From: Blautia sp.
Lineage (GTDB): Bacteria; Bacillota; Clostridia; Lachnospirales; Lachnospiraceae
Assembly (NCBI GenBank): GCA_029257775.1
Contig: JARIAQ010000007.1
Coordinates: 1,096-65,095 of the forward strand
Reading direction: 5' to 3'
Length of the DNA: 64,000 bases
The stretch's first letter is position 1. Every line of letters begins with the position of its first letter. The notes under the pieces are model-generated. The model saw only the letters and a program-made list of their open reading frames with translations. It had not been told where the DNA came from and ran no database searches. Positions 1 through 10,137 of this stretch are shown here, piece after piece. Made by a program: the position numbers and the translations under genes.

Positions 1-2
1 TA

Positions 3-2285
3 AAAGAATTTACAGTAAATGGTGTAAGACGTCATGTGCCGGTGAATTATACTTCTGTATCAGAACTGGAAAATGTAAATGTGGAAGTAAATGCAGAGCA
101 GGTAACATTGCCTCCATTAGCAGAAACAACAGTAAAAGCAGGTGAGGAACAGGAACAAGTATTAAAAGTTATTCCTACATGGGATACAGAAAAAATAGAT
201 ACATCGAAACCTGCAGATGTTTTAGTAAAAGGCATTTTGCCAATTAATTACAGTCTGGTCAATGCAGATGCATTAGAAGCACAAGTTCATGTGATTGTAG
301 GAGAAGGACAAAAACCAGAGAAACCAGAAAGAACAAATCTGGCATTAAACCAGAAAGTAGAGGTTTCTGATGTAGAAACAGGATTTGATGGAAATAAAAT
401 GGAACATGTAGGGGAACGTGCGGTTGATGGAAAATTAGATACCAGATGGAGCAGTGGACCTTTAAATGGTAAGCTGGGATTAGGTGGAGAGCCAAAAGAT
501 CAGTATATCATTGTGGATTTAGGTGCAGGTAATAATACAATAGATGAAATAAAAGTTTCTTATTTCAATAAAGTATGGCCTACGAATTATATAGTAGAAA
601 TTTCAGCAGATAAAAATACATGGGAGACTGTAAAAACTGTAAAAAGAGAAGCTGCAAATACTTCAGGTGTTGTAGATGACTTTAAATTAGAGGATGCAAA
701 GAATACAAGATATGTACGTTTGTCTTTCCCAAAAGATGGTTTAAATACCAATGCAGCAGGAAGTAGTGTGTCTATTACAGAGCTGGAAGTATATGGGGTA
801 AAAGAAAGTGTTGGATTTGACCTTTCTGCTTTAGAGCAGAAAATCACATTAGTGAAAGAGTTGATAAAAGTAGCAGATGCAGAGCCAAATAAGTATGATA
901 GTGGAACAGTAGAAGTTTTAAAGAAAGCGTTAGAAACAGCAGAAAATATTTTGAAAATTCCGGAAAGTCAGGAGCAGATTAATAAGGCTGTAGACGATTT
1001 AAATACAGCAGAAAAAGGCTTAAAGGAATTAAATTTAGATGAGTTCAAAGTTGCATTGCAAAAAGCAGAAGAAATTTTGGCAGAAGAAATTTGCTACACA
1101 CCGGACACTTATAAAGCTTTTAAAACAGTTTATGAAGAAGTAAAAGCATTGTTGAATAAACCAATGATGCAGCAGCAGGTGGAGGAAGCAAAGGCAAAAT
1201 TAGAAGAAGCACAAAAACAGTTAGAAGAAGTGGAAAAGGCAGAACTATTTAGAACTATTGTAGCGGCAAAAGAAAAGCTTGCTCATAAAGATCAATATAC
1301 AGAAGATAGTGTAAAAGCCTTAGAAGAAGCTTTGGAAACAGCAGAAAAAGTCGCTGCAGATGAGAATGCGTCGTCAGAAGAAATTGCTGGAGCTGTAAAA
1401 GAATTAACAACTGCTATAAAAGGGCTTGTTCAAAATGGGACATTCTTTGAAATTACTGCACAGGCAGATATAGGTGGTTCGATTGATCCAGAAGGTGTTG
1501 TTCATGTAAGCGCCGGTGAAAGTCAGAAATTTGTAATGACACCGGAAGAAGGATATGTAGTAAAAGATGTGTTGGTAGATGGAGAAAACGTTGGTGCAAA
1601 AACAGAATATATTTTTGAAGCAGTGGGAGAAAACCATACAATTTCTGTAGAATTTGCAAAACAGCCAGATAAAACTCTGCTAGAGCAAAAATTAAAAGAA
1701 GCAAATGGATTCTTAGAACAGGCAGATCAGTATACAGAAGCATCTTTACAAAATTTACAGAATGCAGTGGCAGATGGTAAAAAGGTACTAGAAAATCCAG
1801 AAGCCGGACAAGCAGAAGTTGCTAATGCAGTTGCTGTTTTAGACAAAGCAATCAATGATTTACAGGTAAAACCAGAAGTACCAGAACAACCAGAACAACC
1901 GAATAAGCCAGAAGTATCAGTGGATAAAAAGGCGTTAGAAGATAAGCTTCAGGAAGCAGAAACGCTTTTGAAGCAGAAGGATCAATATACAGAAAAAACA
2001 TGGAAAAATTTGGAAGAAGCAGTAAATAAAGCAAAAGAACTTCTGACAAAAGATCATGTTACAAAAGACGAAATTACAAATGAAGTAGAAGTTATTCAAA
2101 AAGCAATGGATGGATTAGAAAAGAAAAAGGAACCACAAACATCAAATTCATCTCAAAAACCAAGTACTAGCAAGCCATCTTCCAATGTGAAAACAGGAGA
2201 TGAATCAATGCCTGTAATCTTCTTTGGTTTGGGTGCAGTAGCACTGTTTGTGGGAGTAAAAGCTTCCAAAAAGAGAGAAGATTAG
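3..2285 (+). CDS. Sortase-anchored surface protein, 5'-truncated by the window edge. Ig-like module, F5/8 type C (CBM32-like) domain, FIVAR-like helical repeats and a small beta-repeat domain; probably the C-terminal part of a large carbohydrate-active enzyme
   Basis: Frame is open from base 3 (KEFTVNGVRRHVPVNY...). NLALNQKV...AVDG...TRWSS...IIVDLG...TRYVRL...ITELEVYG is the discoidin/CBM32 pattern. Repeated VDKxxLxxxLxEA...YTExSxxxL FIVAR-like units. C-terminus is NVKTGDE + hydrophobic stretch + KKRED. Confidence 0.85.
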   Translation, partial: KEFTVNGVRRHVPVNYTSVSELENVNVEVNAEQVTLPPLAETTVKAGEEQEQVLKVIPTWDTEKIDTSKPADVLVKGILPINYSLVNADALEAQVHVIVGEGQKPEKPERTNLALNQKVEVSDVETGFDGNKMEHVGERAVDGKLDTRWSSGPLNGKLGLGGEPKDQYIIVDLGAGNNTIDEIKVSYFNKVWPTNYIVEISADKNTWETVKTVKREAANTSGVVDDFKLEDAKNTRYVRLSFPKDGLNTNAAGSSVSITELEVYGVKESVGFDLSALEQKITLVKELIKVADAEPNKYDSGTVEVLKKALETAENILKIPESQEQINKAVDDLNTAEKGLKELNLDEFKVALQKAEEILAEEICYTPDTYKAFKTVYEEVKALLNKPMMQQQVEEAKAKLEEAQKQLEEVEKAELFRTIVAAKEKLAHKDQYTEDSVKALEEALETAEKVAADENASSEEIAGAVKELTTAIKGLVQNGTFFEITAQADIGGSIDPEGVVHVSAGESQKFVMTPEEGYVVKDVLVDGENVGAKTEYIFEAVGENHTISVEFAKQPDKTLLEQKLKEANGFLEQADQYTEASLQNLQNAVADGKKVLENPEAGQAEVANAVAVLDKAINDLQVKPEVPEQPEQPNKPEVSVDKKALEDKLQEAETLLKQKDQYTEKTWKNLEEAVNKAKELLTKDHVTKDEITNEVEVIQKAMDGLEKKKEPQTSNSSQKPSTSKPSSNVKTGDESMPVIFFGLGAVALFVGVKASKKRED

Positions 2286-2307
2286 AAGAAAATCTCTTCT
2301 TTAGAGG

Positions 2308-2336
2308 TTGAAAACCTGTTGCTTAACAGGTATAAT
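2308..2336 (+). promoter_or_regulatory. Sigma-A-type promoter for glyQS; the spacer is an inverted repeat
   Basis: TTGAAA (2308-2313), 17 bp, TATAAT (2331-2336). Spacer reads ACCTGTT-gctt-AACAGGT. Confidence 0.7.
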
Positions 2337-2401
2337 AGGCTTCATAAACAAAAATGCCATAACAGTATTTTGAAAAAATGTAAAATAGAGGAGATTGTAC
2401 A

Positions 2402-3796
2402 ATGGAAAAGACAATGGAAAAGATTGTTGCACTTGCAAAATCCAGAGGATTTGTATATCCGGGTTCTGAAATCTACGGAGGTCTTGCAAATACATGGGAT
2501 TATGGAAATCTCGGTGTTGAATTAAAAAACAATGTAAAAAAAGCTTGGTGGCAGAAATTCGTAATGGAAAGCCCATACAATGTAGGTGTTGACTGTGCCA
2601 TTTTAATGAACCCACAGACATGGGTTGCTTCCGGACATTTAGGAGGATTTTCCGATCCGTTGATGGATTGTAAAGAATGTCATGAGCGTTTCCGTGCAGA
2701 TAAAATTATTGAAGATTACTGTGCAGAAAAGGGAATTGCTATTGAAGGAAGCGTAGATGCATGGTCACAGGAGCAGATGAAGGATTTTATTGAAGAACAT
2801 CAAATTCCATGTCCTACCTGTGGAAAACATAACTTTACAGATATTCGTCAGTTTAACCTGATGTTTAAAACTTTTCAGGGTGTTACAGAGGATGCAAAAA
2901 ATACAGTATATTTAAGACCAGAAACAGCACAGGGTATCTTTGTAAACTTTAAAAATGTACAGAGAACATCCAGAAAGAAACTTCCTTTTGGTATTGCGCA
3001 GATTGGTAAATCTTTCCGTAATGAAATTACACCGGGTAACTTTACATTCCGTACTCGTGAATTTGAGCAAATGGAGTTAGAATTCTTCTGTAAACCAGAT
3101 ACAGACTTAGAGTGGTTTGCATATTGGAAACAGTTCTGCCTTGATTGGCTGCATAGTTTGGGATTAAAAGACGAAGAAATTCGTTACCGTGACCATGATC
3201 AAGAAGAACTCAGTTTTTACAGTAAAGCAACTACAGATGTGGAATTCCTTTTCCCATTTGGATGGGGCGAACTTTGGGGTATTGCAGATAGAACTGATTA
3301 TGATTTAACACAGCATCAGAATGTTTCGGGACAGGATTTGACATATTTTGATGATGAAACAAATCAGAAATATATTCCATATGTTATTGAGCCATCACTG
3401 GGTGCCGATCGTATGGTACTTGCATTCCTTTGTAGTGCTTATGATGAAGAAGTATTAGATGCAGAAAAGAATGATGTTCGTACGGTACTCCGTTTCCATC
3501 CTGTATTGGCACCGGTAAAGATTGGTGTACTTCCATTATCTAAGAAATTAAATGAAGGTGCATTAAAAGTGTTTGAACAATTATCTAAAAAATATAATTG
3601 TGAATTTGATGATAGAGGAAACATTGGTAAACGTTATCGCCGTCAGGATGAAATTGGTACACCATTCTGTGTAACTTATGATTTTGATTCCGAAACAGAT
3701 GGTGCAGTTACGGTGCGTGATCGTGATACAATGGAACAGGAAAGAATCAAAATTGAAGATTTGAAAGCATATTTTGAAGAAAAAATTACATTTTAA
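2402..3796 (+). CDS. glyQS: Glycine--tRNA ligase, alpha2 (eukaryote-like) type
   Basis: [71 protein letters not shown] motifs; RBS GAGGAG. Confidence 0.97.
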   Translation: MEKTMEKIVALAKSRGFVYPGSEIYGGLANTWDYGNLGVELKNNVKKAWWQKFVMESPYNVGVDCAILMNPQTWVASGHLGGFSDPLMDCKECHERFRADKIIEDYCAEKGIAIEGSVDAWSQEQMKDFIEEHQIPCPTCGKHNFTDIRQFNLMFKTFQGVTEDAKNTVYLRPETAQGIFVNFKNVQRTSRKKLPFGIAQIGKSFRNEITPGNFTFRTREFEQMELEFFCKPDTDLEWFAYWKQFCLDWLHSLGLKDEEIRYRDHDQEELSFYSKATTDVEFLFPFGWGELWGIADRTDYDLTQHQNVSGQDLTYFDDETNQKYIPYVIEPSLGADRMVLAFLCSAYDEEVLDAEKNDVRTVLRFHPVLAPVKIGVLPLSKKLNEGALKVFEQLSKKYNCEFDDRGNIGKRYRRQDEIGTPFCVTYDFDSETDGAVTVRDRDTMEQERIKIEDLKAYFEEKITF

Positions 3797-3814
3797 GAAA
3801 AATTTGTAAAAATA

Positions 3815-3883
3815 AGAGCTGTTGCGTGAGAGATACAGGAATATAGAAGGTCCTAATGTACTCATGTGCAGCTCTCTTTTTTT
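3815..3883 (+). terminator. Long (~60 nt) intrinsic terminator hairpin after glyQS
   Basis: AGAGCTG/CAGCTCT outer stem with G-U-rich inner stems, followed by a T7 tract. Confidence 0.75.
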
Positions 3884-3962
3884 GTCGATGAAATAAAATG
3901 TTGAAAATGCACAAAAAAAAAGAAAAAACACGAAAAAAACATACAAAAAAACTATAAAACTA

Positions 3963-3991
3963 TTGAAAATATGATTTATTTTTGTTACAAT
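3963..3991 (+). promoter_or_regulatory. Extended -10 sigma-A promoter for the Pfk gene, with A-tracts upstream
   Basis: TTGAAA, 17 bp, TG-t-TACAAT; run of A-tracts at about 3911-3960. Confidence 0.65.
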
Positions 3992-4031
3992 AGTATTCAC
4001 ATTCAGTGACTTGTAAGGAGGGAATGGCAAA

Positions 4032-5279
4032 ATGGCGAAAAAGAGAAATATTATTGTTGGACAATCAGGTGGACCAACAGCAGTAATTAATTCAAGTCTT
4101 GCAGGGGTTTATAAAAATGCCATTGAACGTGGATTTGACAAAGTATATGGTATGTTACACGGAGTTCAGGGATTGTTGGATGAGCAGTATGTAGACTTGT
4201 CCACACAGATTCATTCAGAATTAGATATTGAACTTTTAAAGAGAACCCCATCTGCATTTTTAGGCTCTTGTAGATTTAAATTGCCGGAAATTCATGAGGA
4301 CAAGACGATATATGAAAAGCTGTTCGGTATTTTAAATAAGTTAGAGATTGATACTTTTATTTATATTGGTGGCAATGATTCTATGGATACGATTAAAAAA
4401 TTATCAGATTATGCCATTATTACAGGCCAAAGTCAGAAATTTTTAGGTGTTCCAAAAACCATTGATAATGATCTGGCATTAACGGATCATACACCAGGAT
4501 TTGGAAGTGCTGCAAAGTATATTGGAGCGTCCACAAAGGAAGTAATTCGTGATGCACAGGGATTAAATTATAAGAAAAATACCATCACTATTATGGAAAT
4601 CATGGGAAGAAATGCAGGATGGCTTACAGGAGCAACAGCTCTTGCTAAGACAGAGGATTGTGATGGACCAGATTTAATTTATTTACCAGAAGTTCCTTTT
4701 GATACAGAACGATTTCTGAATAAAGTAAAAGAATTGTTAAAGAAAAAATCTTCTATCGTTATTGCGGTTTCAGAGGGGATTAAACTTAAGGATGGAAGGT
4801 ATGTATGTGAACTAGGTAATGTTGGAGAGTATGTGGATGCTTTTGGACATAAACAACTTCAAGGAACTGCAACTTATCTTGCAAATTTCCTTGCAGCAGA
4901 ATGTAATTGTAAAACAAGAGCGGTAGAGCTTTCTACACTTCAAAGAAGTGCTTCTCATATGGCATCTCGTGTAGATATTGAAGAAGCTTTTATGGTAGGT
5001 GGTGCAGCGGTAAAAGCTGCTGATGAAGGCGATACAGGAAAGATGATTGTTATTGATCGAGTTTCGGATGATCCATATATGAGTGCAACAGGGATTTATG
5101 ATGTTCATAGAATTGCAAATGAAGAAAAACTGGTGCCTAGAGAATGGATGAATAGAGAAGCAAACTATGTTACAAAAGATTTTATTGACTATATTAAACC
5201 ATTAATTCAGGGAGATTATCAGCCGATTATGGTAAATGGTTTGCCAAGACATTTAGTATTAAAGATGAAAAAGAAATAA
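4032..5279 (+). CDS. pfp: 6-phosphofructokinase, probably pyrophosphate-dependent
   Basis: GQSGGPTAVIN, IGGNDSMDT (Asp at the ATP/PPi discriminating position), PKTIDNDL, EIMGRNAGWL. Confidence 0.85.
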   Translation: MAKKRNIIVGQSGGPTAVINSSLAGVYKNAIERGFDKVYGMLHGVQGLLDEQYVDLSTQIHSELDIELLKRTPSAFLGSCRFKLPEIHEDKTIYEKLFGILNKLEIDTFIYIGGNDSMDTIKKLSDYAIITGQSQKFLGVPKTIDNDLALTDHTPGFGSAAKYIGASTKEVIRDAQGLNYKKNTITIMEIMGRNAGWLTGATALAKTEDCDGPDLIYLPEVPFDTERFLNKVKELLKKKSSIVIAVSEGIKLKDGRYVCELGNVGEYVDAFGHKQLQGTATYLANFLAAECNCKTRAVELSTLQRSASHMASRVDIEEAFMVGGAAVKAADEGDTGKMIVIDRVSDDPYMSATGIYDVHRIANEEKLVPREWMNREANYVTKDFIDYIKPLIQGDYQPIMVNGLPRHLVLKMKKK

Positions 5280-5319
5280 TCATACAGAGAGTAAAAACTT
5301 TGGAGAAGGTTTTTATAGA

Positions 5320-5360
5320 GGAACAGTCCGAATTGGGGAATTCGGGCTGTTCTGTGTTTC
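5320..5360 (+). terminator. Intrinsic terminator after the Pfk gene
   Basis: GGAACAGTCCGAATT-gggg-AATTCGGGCTGTTCT then a T-rich tail. Confidence 0.7.
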
Positions 5361-5428
5361 TAAGGGGTTGTGGTTTATTCTGCAATATAGTATGATTATT
5401 TATATTGCAAATGAAAAGGAGAAGTATC

Positions 5429-6352
5429 ATGAAACAAACAGCACTAGTAATTATGGCAGCTGGAATTGGCAGCCGCTTTGGTAAAGGGATTAAACAGCTT
5501 GCAAAAGTAGGTCCAAGCGGAGAGATTATTATGGATTATTCCATACATGATGCATTGGAGGCAGGATTTAATAAAGTTGTTTTCATTATTCGCAAAGATA
5601 TTGAAGAAGAATTTCGGAAAGTTATTGGAAATAGAATTGAAAAAATTACACAAGTAGAATATGTATATCAAGATCTTCAGGATCTACCAGAGGGATTTAC
5701 TTGTCCTGTTGATCGGACAAAACCATGGGGAACCGGACATGCAATTTTGGCAGCGAAAAAAGTGATTACAGAGCCTTTTGTAGTAATTAATGCAGATGAT
5801 TATTACGGAAAAGAAGCGTTTGTGAAAATTCACAGATATCTGACAGAAGATCGGGAAAAGACAGATAAACTGGATATTTGTATGGCAGGATTTATTCTGA
5901 AAAATACATTAAGTGATAATGGTGGTGTTACAAGAGGGGTTTGTGCTTTAGATGCTGGAAAAAATTTGATTGGTATTACAGAAACATATAATATTCAGAA
6001 GACAGAAGATGGACCAGTAGCTATAGATGAGAAGACAGAAGAAAAGACAGCTCTTGATGAGAATACATTGGTTTCTATGAATATGTGGGGATTAACACCA
6101 GAGTTTTTGGAAGTTTTAGAAAGTGGTTTTAGAAAGTTTCTTGAAGAGATTAAACCCGATGATTTGAAAAAAGAATATTTACTTCCATCTGTGGTGGATA
6201 ATATGATTAAAGAAGAGAAAGCACAGGTAGCGGTGTTAAAAACTCACGATACCTGGTTTGGTGTAACTTATCAGGAGGATAAAGAAAAAGTTATGGAGTC
6301 TTTTCGAGAATTAGTAAGAAAAGGTATTTATAAAGAACAGCTCTTTTCATAA
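5429..6352 (+). CDS. Sugar-phosphate nucleotidyltransferase (NTP_transferase fold), substrate unknown
   Basis: MAAGIGSRFGKGIKQL, KPWGTGHA and INADDYYG motifs. Start set at ATG 5429 behind RBS AAAGGAG. Confidence 0.8.
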   Translation: MKQTALVIMAAGIGSRFGKGIKQLAKVGPSGEIIMDYSIHDALEAGFNKVVFIIRKDIEEEFRKVIGNRIEKITQVEYVYQDLQDLPEGFTCPVDRTKPWGTGHAILAAKKVITEPFVVINADDYYGKEAFVKIHRYLTEDREKTDKLDICMAGFILKNTLSDNGGVTRGVCALDAGKNLIGITETYNIQKTEDGPVAIDEKTEEKTALDENTLVSMNMWGLTPEFLEVLESGFRKFLEEIKPDDLKKEYLLPSVVDNMIKEEKAQVAVLKTHDTWFGVTYQEDKEKVMESFRELVRKGIYKEQLFS

Positions 6353-6437
6353 ATTGCGTGACAAAATTTTTATTTTGTGGTATTTTAATATATGATAAAA
6401 ATACAAAAAATAAGAATGATTGTGCAAAGGAGTAGTT

Positions 6438-7784
6438 ATGGGGAAATATTTTGGAACAGATGGTTTTCGAGGAGAAGCAAATGTAAATCTGACAGTGGAA
6501 CATGCTTTTAAAGTAGGACGTTTTTTAGGCTGGTATTTTGGTAAAGAGCATAAAGCGCAGATCGTTATTGGAAAAGATACAAGAAGAAGTAGTTATATGT
6601 TTGAATATTCTTTAGTAGCAGGTCTTACAGCATCTGGTGCAGATGTATATCTTCTTCATGTAACTACAACACCTAGTGTATCTTATGTAGTACGTACAGA
6701 GAATTTTGATTGCGGCATTATGATTTCTGCCAGCCATAATCCTTTTTATGATAATGGAATTAAAATTATGAATGGGAATGGTCAGAAACTGGAAGCTGTT
6801 ATAGAAGAACAAATTGAGAAATATATTGATGGAGAACTGGAAGAATTGCCATTGGCAAAGAGGGAAGATATTGGAAGAACAGTGGATTTTTCAGCAGGAA
6901 GAAACAGATATATTGGATATTTGATTTCAATTCCAACTCGTGCATTTAAAAATGTGAGAGTTGGATTGGATTGTTCTAATGGAAGTGCCTCTGCAATTGC
7001 AAAGAGTGTTTTTGATGCATTAGGTGCGAAAACTTATGTGATTCATAATGAACCAGATGGTACAAATATTAATACAAACTGTGGTTCTACTCATATTGAA
7101 GAATTAAAGAACTTTGTAAAAGAAAAACAATTGGATGTAGGATTTGCTTATGACGGAGATGCAGACCGTTGTATTGCAGTTGATGATCAGGGAGAGGAAG
7201 TTAACGGAGATTTAATCATGTATGTCTGTGGGAAATACATGAAAGAATGTGGAAAGTTAAATAATAATACGATTGTTACAACAGTAATGTCGAATTTAGG
7301 ACTTTATAAAGCATGTGACAGAGAGGGGATTTCATACGAAAAAACAGCAGTAGGAGATAAATATGTATGTGAAAATATGATGGCTAATGGCCATTCCATT
7401 GGCGGAGAGCAATCTGGTCATATTATTTTTTCCAAGCATGCTACAACAGGAGATGGGATTTTAACTTCGTTAAAACTTATGGAAGTAATTATTGAAAAAA
7501 AACTTCCATTGAGTGCGTTAACAAGAGAAGTGAAAATCTATCCCCAAGTTCTGAAAAATGTGAGAGTATATGATAAAAAGACGGCAAGAGAAAATCCAAA
7601 GGTAATAGAGGCTGTTCAAAAAGTAGAGACAGAATTGGGAGAAGATGGAAGAATTCTTGTAAGAGAAAGCGGAACAGAACCTTTAATCCGAGTTATGGTA
7701 GAGGCATCTACAGATGAAGTATGTGAAAAGTATGTAAAACAGGTAGTAGATGCCATGAAAGAAGAGAATCTGATTGCCGAATAA
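6438..7784 (+). CDS. glmM: Phosphoglucosamine mutase
   Basis: YFGTDGFRG, MISASHNPFYDNGIK, DGDADR, GGEQSGH, RESGTEPLIRVMVE; RBS AAGGAG before ATG 6438. Confidence 0.96.
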   Translation: MGKYFGTDGFRGEANVNLTVEHAFKVGRFLGWYFGKEHKAQIVIGKDTRRSSYMFEYSLVAGLTASGADVYLLHVTTTPSVSYVVRTENFDCGIMISASHNPFYDNGIKIMNGNGQKLEAVIEEQIEKYIDGELEELPLAKREDIGRTVDFSAGRNRYIGYLISIPTRAFKNVRVGLDCSNGSASAIAKSVFDALGAKTYVIHNEPDGTNINTNCGSTHIEELKNFVKEKQLDVGFAYDGDADRCIAVDDQGEEVNGDLIMYVCGKYMKECGKLNNNTIVTTVMSNLGLYKACDREGISYEKTAVGDKYVCENMMANGHSIGGEQSGHIIFSKHATTGDGILTSLKLMEVIIEKKLPLSALTREVKIYPQVLKNVRVYDKKTARENPKVIEAVQKVETELGEDGRILVRESGTEPLIRVMVEASTDEVCEKYVKQVVDAMKEENLIAE

Positions 7785-7802
7785 GGAAATGAGGTTAAAA
7801 GG

Positions 7803-8837
7803 GTGAAGAAACAAGTGATACTGATGGTTCTTTTGAGCATGTGTTTGTTAGGCGGATGTAAAGGAAAAGAACCTACAGATTATGAAAAAGGCATGGGGAA
7901 TCTGGAAAAGCAGAGCTATAAAGAAGCACTGGAAAATTTTCAGAAAGCAGTAAGCGCTGGGGAAGATGCTGCAAAAGCATGGAGAGGCGTGGGAATTTCC
8001 TGCAGCGGACAAGGAAATTTCGAGAAAGCGGAAGAGGCTTTTTTAACAGCTTTAGATTTTACAGAGAAATCTGAGAAAAATCTTAGAATGGACTTGAGTC
8101 TTTACCTTGCAGATGCACAGTATCATCAAAAGAAATATCAAGCATGTGTTAAGACATGTGATGAGATTTTAGCTGAGAAAAAAGAAAAAAATGGGTATTT
8201 TCTTCGAGGAAGTGCATATCTTCATTTAGATGAATATAAAAAAGCAGAAAAGGATTTTTCAAAAGTGATTTCTGATTCTAAGAAATATGAAGATTATTTG
8301 GATGTTTATCGAATTTATCAAGAGTGTGATTTAAAAGCAGATGGAGCAGAGTATCTGGAAGAAGCTTTGGAGATAAAGGCTAAGTCTCAAGAGGACTTTT
8401 ACAATAAAGGAAGAGTGTACTATTATCTTTCGGAATTTGAAAGGGCAGAGAAAGAGTTAAAAGAAGCATGGAAAAAAGGATATACTCAGGCAGGCATTTA
8501 TCTTGGTAAAGTGTATGCAGAAGCCCAAGAGTGGGAAAAAGCAGAGGAACTATATCAGAACTGTTTAAAACAGGAAGAGTTAAAAGCAGAGGCATATAAT
8601 GGGCTTGCATATTGTTCCATGGAGAAGGAAGATTATAAAAAAGCTTTAGAATATATTCAAAAAGGATTGGAAATTAAAGATGGAGAAGCCAATCAGGCAT
8701 TACTTTTTAATGAAATTGTTGTATATGAAAGAAGCAAAGATTTTGCTTCTGCAAAAGAGAAAATGCAGCAGTATTTGACGTTGTATCCAGCGGATGATGC
8801 GGCAGTAAAAGAAAATTATTTTTTGCAGACCAGATAA
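7803..8837 (+). CDS. Tetratricopeptide-repeat lipoprotein
   Basis: Lipobox LLGGC and many 34-aa helical repeats (AxxxRG...YxxAxxxF). Confidence 0.8.
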   Translation: MKKQVILMVLLSMCLLGGCKGKEPTDYEKGMGNLEKQSYKEALENFQKAVSAGEDAAKAWRGVGISCSGQGNFEKAEEAFLTALDFTEKSEKNLRMDLSLYLADAQYHQKKYQACVKTCDEILAEKKEKNGYFLRGSAYLHLDEYKKAEKDFSKVISDSKKYEDYLDVYRIYQECDLKADGAEYLEEALEIKAKSQEDFYNKGRVYYYLSEFERAEKELKEAWKKGYTQAGIYLGKVYAEAQEWEKAEELYQNCLKQEELKAEAYNGLAYCSMEKEDYKKALEYIQKGLEIKDGEANQALLFNEIVVYERSKDFASAKEKMQQYLTLYPADDAAVKENYFLQTR

Positions 8838-8877
8838 TGGGGACACATGAAAATGTGTGGAAGGAATGGTGACAAAT

Positions 8878-9978
8878 ATGAAATTAAAAAGAGTAATGTT
8901 AATTGCAGCAGTAATTGTAATGGCAGGAGTTTTTACAGGCTGTAATAAAAAAGAAGAAAAAACAGAGCAACCTAAAGTAGAAAAGCAGGAGCCAGAGGCA
9001 GAAAAAACGGTAGGTGAGGTAGTAGAAGAACCAGAAATTCCTGTAAATCAAAATTTGCTTACAGGTTTGGGAGATTTATCAGAAGAAGCAATTGGAAAAC
9101 GACCTGTGGCAGTTATGGTCAATAATGTAGAAAAAGCCATGCCGCAATATGGGATTGGGCAAGCAGATCTTATTTTTGAAATACCGGTAGAAGGTGATGT
9201 GACTAGATTTATGGCGTTGTATGGGGACTATACAAAAGTTCCTAAAATTTGTCCAATCCGAAGTTGTCGTTATTATTTTCCTGCAATTTCTCAAGGATTT
9301 GATGCTTTTTATGTAAATTGGGGAATTGACGAAACTGTTTCAGATTATCTGAAATCTCTGAATATGGATCAAATTGAGGGAATTACCAATACAGGTGGAC
9401 TTTTTGGAAGAGATCAAGAAAAGCGGAATCAAGGATATGCCTTGGAGCATACAGGTTATTTTGATGGTACTAAGTTGCCTTCGTATATTGAAGAAAAAGG
9501 GCTTCGGACAGAGTTAAAAGAAGATAAAAAGGGACCTGCATTTGCTTTTAATGGTATAGAAGAACAGAAAAAACCTAGTTCTTCAGAATGTACTGTTGTG
9601 CATATTGATTTTGGGTCACAAAGTGCGGCATTTACTTATGATACAGAAAAAATGCAGTATTTAAAACAGATAAATGGTAATCCTCAAATAGATAGTGTAA
9701 CAGGGGAACAGTTGGGATTTACGAATGTATTTGTTTTGGAGACAGAAATTTCTGTAAGAGATGATGTAGGGCATAAAAACTTAGACTGGGATGGCAGTAC
9801 AGATGCAAAGGGATATTATATTTCAAATGGTGGTATGCAGCCAATTACTTGGTCAAAAGAGGAAGGAAACGAGAATTCTTATTTGACCTTTTATGATGAG
9901 TCAGGAAATGTCCTAAATATCAATAGAGGAAAGAGTTATATTGCCTTTAATTATAAGGATAAAACAGTATTTGAATAA
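8878..9978 (+). CDS. DUF3048 (YerB-like) lipoprotein
   Basis: Lipobox FTGC; RPVAVMVNN, EIPVEGDVTRFMA and PIRSCRYYF family motifs. Confidence 0.8.
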   Translation: MKLKRVMLIAAVIVMAGVFTGCNKKEEKTEQPKVEKQEPEAEKTVGEVVEEPEIPVNQNLLTGLGDLSEEAIGKRPVAVMVNNVEKAMPQYGIGQADLIFEIPVEGDVTRFMALYGDYTKVPKICPIRSCRYYFPAISQGFDAFYVNWGIDETVSDYLKSLNMDQIEGITNTGGLFGRDQEKRNQGYALEHTGYFDGTKLPSYIEEKGLRTELKEDKKGPAFAFNGIEEQKKPSSSECTVVHIDFGSQSAAFTYDTEKMQYLKQINGNPQIDSVTGEQLGFTNVFVLETEISVRDDVGHKNLDWDGSTDAKGYYISNGGMQPITWSKEEGNENSYLTFYDESGNVLNINRGKSYIAFNYKDKTVFE

Positions 9979-9983
9979 ATGAG

Positions 9984-10038
9984 CGATAAAGAGAGACAGA
10001 AGACAGATGAAAAAGAGGTCTTCTGTCTTTTTTTATCG
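9984..10038 (+). terminator. Intrinsic terminator hairpin
   Basis: CGATAAAGAGAGACAGAAGAC pairs with GTCTTCTGTCTTTTTTTATCG. Confidence 0.7.
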
Positions 10039-10137
10039 TAGGGAAAAGAGCTGTACTATATATAATTTGTTAAAAAGACTATGAAATTCCAAAGAGAAGT
10101 GTTAAAATGATTATTATTTAGAAGGAGATTATAAATT

